Origin: Schmidtea polychroa
Lineage: Eukaryota
Direction of reading: 5' to 3'
DNA: 64,000 nucleotides
Assembly (NCBI GenBank): GCA_044892525.1
Contig: CM097885.1
Span: 12,526,001 to 12,590,000 of the forward strand
Part shown: one piece after another, positions 57,401 through 64,000 of the stretch
Layout of the letters: each line of letters begins with the position of its first letter
Numbering within the stretch: position 1 is the stretch's first letter
Made by a program: the position numbers and the translations under genes
Notes under the pieces: model-generated
Database searches by the model: none
What the model was told of the DNA's origin: nothing
Seen by the model: only the letters and a program-made list of their open reading frames with translations

Positions 57401-60137
57401 ATATTATATCCCTCTTAGAAAAACCATTAGATGGTATCTGAAACCCTTCTTTCATTTGTTAGATATTTGTGTTTGGGATGCTTGTTGGTTATATAAAAAA
57501 AAATCACGAAAAAAATATCAATTACCGTATATTTCGGCGTATAAGACGACCCTTAAAGTCAAAAAATCACCCTTGAAAATTGTGGGTCGTCTTATACAAC
57601 CGATATAAAAGAAAGTATTACAGTACAGGTAGTTGTATTTATACTAGTTGTATTTATACTACTACAACCGATATATGATAAATCATAAAAATTTGCTCTA
57701 ATTTTGTACCTCGTCTTATCTGACGGTCGCCTTATACGCCGAAATATACGGTACCTACAATTTAGTAAAGAAATTATTACTGCACTAATATCAAATCAAC
57801 AAAATGTAGAAATAAAAAAGATTCCAAAAATATATCATTTTTTTAACAAAGTATAGAAGGTGCAGGGTAAGCATTCACAACAAAAGACGGACGCAAGCAA
57901 GGTACATTTGTGACTCGTGTAAAAATAAAAAGAATAACCTAGTAGTGTTTTTATATTCATAGGTTTTCCTGTGTATCATAATGTATAACTTTATTTGATG
58001 CATTTTGAAATATAATAAAATAATTTTCTCTCACTCACAATTTGTGAAGATGAAGAAAGTTTAAGTAGTGACTTTTGTAAGAAATTGTTACTGCAGAAAA
58101 AACTGCAGAATGCAATTACTTCAATTACTCATTTTGAGAAGCAGAATGAAGAAAGTTCCACATTGCTGAAAAAATATTTCATTTATTTAAATAATTATAA
58201 AAAAACGACAGATTATTTAAATATTCTATATCGCGCAATATTACAGTAAAACCTACATCGACTGCAATGGAGTGCGTATTTTCAATTGCTAGTCTCACGA
58301 GGACAAAAATTAGAACTCGACTCAATTTTTAGACATTTAATGCAATAATTTTTCTAAAATATGCATTTTTAAAAATGAATCAATAACTTCAATAATTTAA
58401 TTAAATTTATTAATAATTCTATTTTTTTATTATTGAGAATACTATTTTTGTGACTATGTAAAAAAAGGTTTGTTTAAAAATTTAACATTTTCGGATTATC
58501 AATACATAAAGAACACAAGTATATATGTACCGCTTATTCACGCTGGAGCGCTCTTTGTTTAGTTTTCGTTAAATTTAGTTTTCACTACGAAATAAGCGGT
58601 GTTTTAATTACCCATTTTGAAAAACCAAGCAATTAATATTTCCAACGGTTTGTCACTGAAATTTTTATTTATTTACGCATTTTGGGAAAAAAATCATTAT
58701 TATTACTTATTATTGAAATTTTAGTGCTGTCATAAAAATGACATACAAATTGAATAATCAAAACTAAAAATACATAAAAGCAGATTCTTCTCCTTTCAAC
58801 AAGTAAGCTAATTTAATAATTAAATTACTAATAATTAATAATCATTTTGACTGAAATTGTGCAATTTTAAGCGTTACCGGGTGCGTTTAATTGAAATTTA
58901 TAATTGTTACTGCCATTTTAATTCGTTTTTTTATTAGAATTTCAATTAGAATTATACATGAAATCAACTAACATCTTTCTGGTTGCAATTTGTGTTAACT
59001 ATGTCAACATTTTTTATAGTTTTACAGTTATAGTTTTATAGTTTTTATAGGCCCAGTGATAGAATAATTTAGCGAGCGTGCACGGACAAACCACCTATAT
59101 AAACCTAATTGTTTTTCGATAGTCTGCCTCTTTTTAATGAACCTCCTCCTTCAACAATTGACATTATTTCCGACTGTTTGTTTTTCACCGCTTGAACACA
59201 TCTATTAGGCGCATCAAAATATTTGGCCGTTTCTCTTACACTTTTGTTATTTCATAGATATTCTATAATCTTTATTTTCTTCTCAAAATCCACAAACTGT
59301 CTTTTTGTTGCTGTGGTGTTGCGATTTTCCATTTTTATATGGGCTCATAAAAATTTAAATATGAAATAATTTTCTTAATATTAAAACAACTTAATTGCCT
59401 TTTATAATTAACCTTTTAATAATATTATAAATATATTTCACTAATAAATCTCTAAATAGAATTTTAAAGATTATAAAAGATATAAGATATTGAAAATAAG
59501 TATATTGATATTCTTTCTATTGACTTAATTAATAATATTTTTAAATTATATAAACAAAATTGTGTACTTTATTTTCATTTTTTGTACCTTTAAGAAAGGT
59601 GTACTTTTTACTGGGTGTACTTTATAATGAGGTTTTACTGTATAAAAATAAAACAATATATGGTGGTATTACATAGTTTATGTAACTGTAATTTTATCCA
59701 TAACCAATGACATCATAAGTTCAATTATATCAGGATCGGCTCGCATTCCACGAGTGACGACAGTCTGGCATATCGTTCAGTAGACGAAATCAGTTGGTGG
59801 GATAAGCACGATAATCCTATTTCTAGATTGAAGCATTATCTCCTCAATCAAGAGTGGTGGAGTGAAAGTGAAGAAAAAGCCTGGAGAGACGAAGCTAGAA
59901 AATTGGTGAAGTCAATTTCAATTGATTATCACATTAAAATTTAATCAGGTAGTGAAAGCTATTGAAAAAACTGAAAAGGTCGCTTTGCCAAATCCAATGC
60001 AACTATTTGAGGATGTTTATGATAGAATGCCTCCACGTCTTTACAAACAGATGTCTAACCATTATTCTTTTGTGATGAAGAATAAAGAACATTTTCCAGC
60101 AGGTTTTGAAATGTCTAAGCCAATTAAAAATGAATAA
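48718..60137 (+). CDS. BCKDHA: Branched-chain alpha-keto acid dehydrogenase E1 alpha subunit, 8 exons, ~428 aa
   Basis: Exons 48718-48765, 48815-48985, 49173-49335, 49383-49577, 53974-54180, 54227-54368, 59734-59905, 59949-60137 (1287 nt). Motifs [59 protein letters not shown]; intron 6 is GC-AG. Confidence 0.95.
49630..51500. repeat. Large (AAT)n-derived simple-sequence arrays (49630-49947 and 50537-51500)
   Basis: Direct reading; recurrent variant units such as AATAATAATTATAAA give higher-order structure. Confidence 0.93.
50395..50537 (+). mobile_element. (AAT)n-anchored short repeat (Penelope-pLTR-like), second long copy
   Basis: Matches 30256-30404; TTGACAA-G-GACTA-tctta-TAATC-GAAA; followed by (AAT)n. 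Confidence 0.7.
51782..53163 (-). mobile_element. Degenerate Tc1/IS630-like element
   Basis: Minus-strand pieces from ATG 53038: [18 protein letters not shown], with frameshifts; subterminal ~21-nt repeats TATGAAAATAGTTGAATCGAT, inverted at the left end; boundaries approximate. Confidence 0.75.
52686..52868. mobile_element. hAT (Charlie-like) MITE inserted in the Tc1-like transposase
   Basis: TIRs CAGGGGTCTCAAAC...GTTTGAGACCACTG; TSD ATCTAGCC / ATCTAGAC (7/8). Confidence 0.88.
53237..53700 (-). pseudogene. Penelope-like element GIY-YIG endonuclease fragment
   Basis: LVLPY...[28 protein letters not shown] motif typical of the PLE C-terminus; degenerate end. Confidence 0.85.
56151..57990 (+). 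mobile_element. Degenerate piggyBac element
   Basis: TTAA|CACGTTCAC left end; [48 protein letters not shown], Cys-rich tail RRCRV..YICDSC; many stops. Confidence 0.85.
57525..57751. mobile_element. pogo/Tigger-type MITE inserted in the piggyBac transposase
   Basis: TIR CCGTATATTTCGGCGTATAAG at both ends; TA TSD; removal restores [15 protein letters not shown]. Confidence 0.9.
58030..58386 (+). pseudogene. hAT transposase C-terminal (dimerization) remnant
   Basis: [29 protein letters not shown], similar to the C-terminus of the 7494-9269 transposase. Confidence 0.72.
59050..59640 (-). mobile_element. pogo/Tigger 5' fragment
   Basis: TA|CAGTAAAACCTC terminus on the minus strand; broken [28 protein letters not shown] and [18 protein letters not shown]-like segment. 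Confidence 0.72.
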
Positions 60138-60309
60138 CTGATCTAGTCTAATATTTTGGAGTCTTTTGGTGCTATATTGAATATTTGTGAATGAGAATGT
60201 ATTTTGAATGGGGAAATGCTGCTGAAAATGTTTATTATTGAATTTTTCTACACTTAATTATTTTTCTAAATTCGATTACTAACTTTAAAAAATTATAATT
60301 GCTATTTTT

Positions 60310-61140
60310 ATTTTAGTATATTTATTAATATTTATTATTTATTTATCATTATTATTATTTTTACATATTATTTATTTTTGTTTTTAATATTTATTATTTT
60401 TAATTGTTATTTATTATTTAATTATTATTTTTATTTATTAATATTATAATTTTTAATTATTAATATTTGTATTTATTATTTATTTATCATAATTTCATTA
60501 TTATTTTTATATTAATTATTATTTATCTTTATTATTTATTTATCTTTATGAATTAATTATTATTTTTATTTATTAATATTTTTAAAATTTATTATTTTAA
60601 TATTAATTATTTTTATTTAGTATAAATATTATTTATTTTTGTTTTTTATAATTATTATTTTTAATTGTTATTTATTATTTAATTATTATTTTTATATTAA
60701 TTATTATTTATCTTTATTATTTATTTATCATTTTTATTATGATTAATTATTAATATTTTTTAAATTTATTATTTTTATTTAGTATAAATATTATTTATTT
60801 TTGTTTTTTATATTTATTATTTTTAATTATTAATATTTGTATTTATTATTTATTTATCATTTTTATTATGATTAATTATTAATATTTTTAAAATTTTTTA
60901 GTTTAATATTAATTATTTTTATTTATTAATATTTGGTATTTATTTATCATTTTTATTATGATTATTTATTAAGATTTTTAAAATTTATTATTTTAATATT
61001 TATTATTTTTATTTAGTATAAATATTATTTATTTTTGTTTTTTATATTTATTATTTTTAATTGTTATTTATTATTTAATTATTATTTTTATTTATTAATA
61101 TTATAATTTTTAATTATTAATATTTTTTAAATTTATTATT
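60310..61140. repeat. AT-only compound minisatellite / low-complexity array
   Basis: Recurring TAGTATAAATATTATTTATTTTTGTTTTTTATA and TTTTAATTGTTATTTATTATT blocks. Confidence 0.85.
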
Positions 61141-61143
61141 TTA

Positions 61144-62652
61144 CAGGGTTATTCCCTATTATAAAGCGACTATTCATAATTCTAAATCATTTATTCAAAA
61201 TTATAAATTATTTATTCTAAAAATTAATTTTGTCCCAGAAGAAACATAAGAAAGCTACGACGGCAGTGTATAACTTTTATGTATTAATAGCAAACAAATG
61301 ACCACATAATTATGTCATAGATTGCATTGTAACACGCAGAGACACAAACAGTAGGTAAAAAACCCTTCGAGATTTGTCTTTTTTCAAAGATAATATTTAA
61401 AAAAGTATTAAAGTTAATTAAATATATTTATAAAAAAATATTAAACACGGACATATTTAATAAAAAAACAACAAAATGTTAAAAGAATTCCCCGTTGTAT
61501 GCAAAAACAAGGTATTCCCGCATTCCCTCATAATACAAACCATATAATATAGACGGATCCACATTCATTTCAGCAATAACCCTGGCTATATTCTCCTTTA
61601 TCATTACAGATGTCGTAGGTTCGGGTCTAATTGCTGAATATCTGCTTTTAATTGTTGAGAATATGTTTTCAATTGGATTTAGATCCGGATTATAAGGGGG
61701 TAAATATTTTATGATAATACTTTTTTCTACGGAAAAATCTTTTACAATATCACTATGGTGAAATCTTACATTATCCATAACTAATATATCATTTGCTTTT
61801 ATTTGTTGTATATTATAAGCTTCATTTGAAAATTCCAACAGTTTCTCAGCATTATATGTACCATCGATCAATTTAAAATGGCATCTGTATTTATTGGTGA
61901 ATAACCATAATGGTTGCCAGTATGTAGGTTAAAGCCACTTTCGTCTAAAGATATCAATCGGCTGTTATGAATAAGACGAAGTTCTCTTGCAAAGGTCTTT
62001 CTAGTATTTATCAGTTCGGGAAATACGGTTCTTACTGATCTTTTTTTATTCTTTTGCGTGTTATAGATAGCGCTTTTAATGTTTTCGATATTTTTGACTG
62101 AGAAAATGAGAGACCTGAGTTATAAAGCTTTTCTTGCATGCCTCTCTGTGTCAAGCTTGGATCTTCTTAAATTATTTGATTTAGTTGGATATTTACACTA
62201 GAATCCAATGGTTGAGGTTTTGGTCCGTATTTTTTAAGTATAGTATTTAGGCTGCTGCCAGTTTCAACACACACATGTTTTTTTCGAAGTGTTGAACCAA
62301 CTGCAGCAATGCTTAAATTGAGGGTCGTGGCAATAAATGCCGTTGTTTGGTTCGCGTCTTTCAACCGTTTAATTGTTGTTATGGCTTCGTTGGTGATTAC
62401 CTGGCATTGTTTACGCTTAGACTTGGTTGTATTGTTGTTATTTGTATCAGGATTGGACTCGTTCATCATGAATTTCAAATCGTTTCTTTCTATTATTTTT
62501 AAAATGATCCAAAACAATAAATTAATTCTAAAATCATTTTGATTAATTTATAATTTAGAATAATTACTTTATAATTTTATATAAATGATTTAGAATATTA
62601 AATAAATGATTTATAATTATGAATAGTCGCTTTATAATAGGAAATAACCCTG
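61144..62652 (-). mobile_element. Tc1/IS630-like DD34E element, frameshifted transposase
   Basis: TIRs CAGGGTTATT(C/T)CCTATTATAAAGCGACTATTCATAATT; TA TSD; ISLDESGFN, VMDNVRFH, YLPPYNPDLNPIE (34 residues between D and E); split ORFs 62167-62517 and 61479-61871. Confidence 0.93.
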
Positions 62653-62874
62653 TAATATTAATTATGATTATTATTGTTTATCCTAAATTCAATTCTAAAT
62701 AGCACTGTGTGGAAGTTTCTTTCTTCACACTCACCTATTTGTTAATATTGTTATATTGTTATTAGAATCGATTTATCCAATTTTTAAGTATAGTATTGAA
62801 AGGTGTTCCTTCGTCTTCTTTGGTCACAGAAATGAATTTAATAACATTTTCATGCCGCATATTTTTTACTGTAT

Positions 62875-63773
62875 TGTTGGGGTTCAGTAGGAACTAGGGA
62901 AAAGAGAAAAATAATAGAATGGGATTTTTTGATAATAAATTATAAATAGTAATTAAATATTACTATAATTAGAAAATAGATAATAATAGTATTTTAATAA
63001 GTATATATACATATATTTAGTAAATAAATAATTACCATAAATAGAATTAGTTAATTTAAAATAATATTTATATACCAACGAGAATTTGATTGGGGGGACC
63101 AACAATTGAAACACAAATCGACACACATCATTAGATGATTTAAACAACAAGACACGAAAGCTAGACTCAAAACTCAGAAAAGTGAAATCGATTCAAATTC
63201 AGATTAATTGAGAGTGATCAAAATAAGTCTCTGTTTGAATTTAACGTTGTGAAAATTTGAGAACTAAATTAACTATAACAATTTCGGGTTTAATGGTTAA
63301 TTTCAGAAACATTTAAAATCTTTCTTTGGAAATTTCAGGAAAACAAATCAGTTAGTATATTTTAAATTGATTAACTAAACATTAGGGTTAAGTCGTTAGC
63401 ATACATTTTTGTAGCTGTCTCGTCTTATATTTAATAAAGTATCAACCGATTTCTGGGTTGATATTATCGCGTTGAAATCCGGGTAATCCTTTATCTTGTT
63501 GTTTATACCTATATAGGGCTGTTGGCCATTTAGGGTCAGCATTGATCTATAGAAGTAATCTTTAGGATAGTTTGTATGATCGTTTTTCTATTCTTCTGAG
63601 AACAACCAGTCTTATTGTTATCAAATATCTTTGTAAGATATTTAGTTGGAAAATAAATATTTAAAACATATTTGTTTATTTATATATAAAATTACTTACA
63701 CGTTTTACAATCAGTTTAGTGGAGTGAGATTTAAGATTTTGTTATTTCGAGTACCTACCAATCGAACCTAACA
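62875..63773 (+). mobile_element. Complete solo LTR (family copy C, 899 bp)
   Basis: TGTTGGGGTTCAGTAGG...CGAACCTAACA; 4-bp TSD GTAT on both sides; homologous to copies A and B. Confidence 0.88.
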
Positions 63774-64000
63774 GTATTTCTCTCATTACCTTCTATTCTA
63801 AGAATTCAGAGGAATTTAGGAATATATATTTCCTCGATTCTAGAGCAAATATTACAACGTAAACAAAGCTGAATTATTTCTTGCAACTTTGATCAGTGGG
63901 AAATCTTTCTATTGTTGGTGTTTACGGGAAAAGAGAAGAAAACTGAAAAGCTAGGTTAGAACATTTCAACGAATTTAATTTAACAATAAACTAAATGCGA

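Overview
Very AT-rich, intron-rich eukaryotic (animal) genomic DNA with abundant (AAT)n microsatellites and many ~40-55 nt introns. A flatworm/planarian-type genome is my guess, not shown. Three + strand host genes can be reconstructed exon by exon: a DOMON + cytochrome b561 ferric-chelate-reductase-like gene (2536-15808), an echinoderm microtubule-associated protein-like gene (EML, 21365-37981) and BCKDHA (48718-60137). Large introns and intergenic DNA are filled with transposons: an intact hAT transposase, an intact compact 4.7-kb Ty3/Gypsy element with identical 152-bp LTRs inserted in an older solo LTR, two more copies of that solo-LTR family, Tc1/IS630, piggyBac, pogo/Tigger, MULE and Penelope remnants, and several MITEs. 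Most notable: (i) a canonical minimal hammerhead ribozyme and a family of (AAT)n-anchored repeats with a covarying U3-A8 hammerhead-like core; (ii) two paralogous cryptic RKSK..WRPPG exon candidates in an EML intron; (iii) a U12-type intron in EML; (iv) Gypsy gag starting inside the LTR, with a -1 frameshift/pseudoknot signal; (v) apparent loss of the DOMON heme ligands in the FRRS1-like protein. All calls were made by eye; no searches were run.
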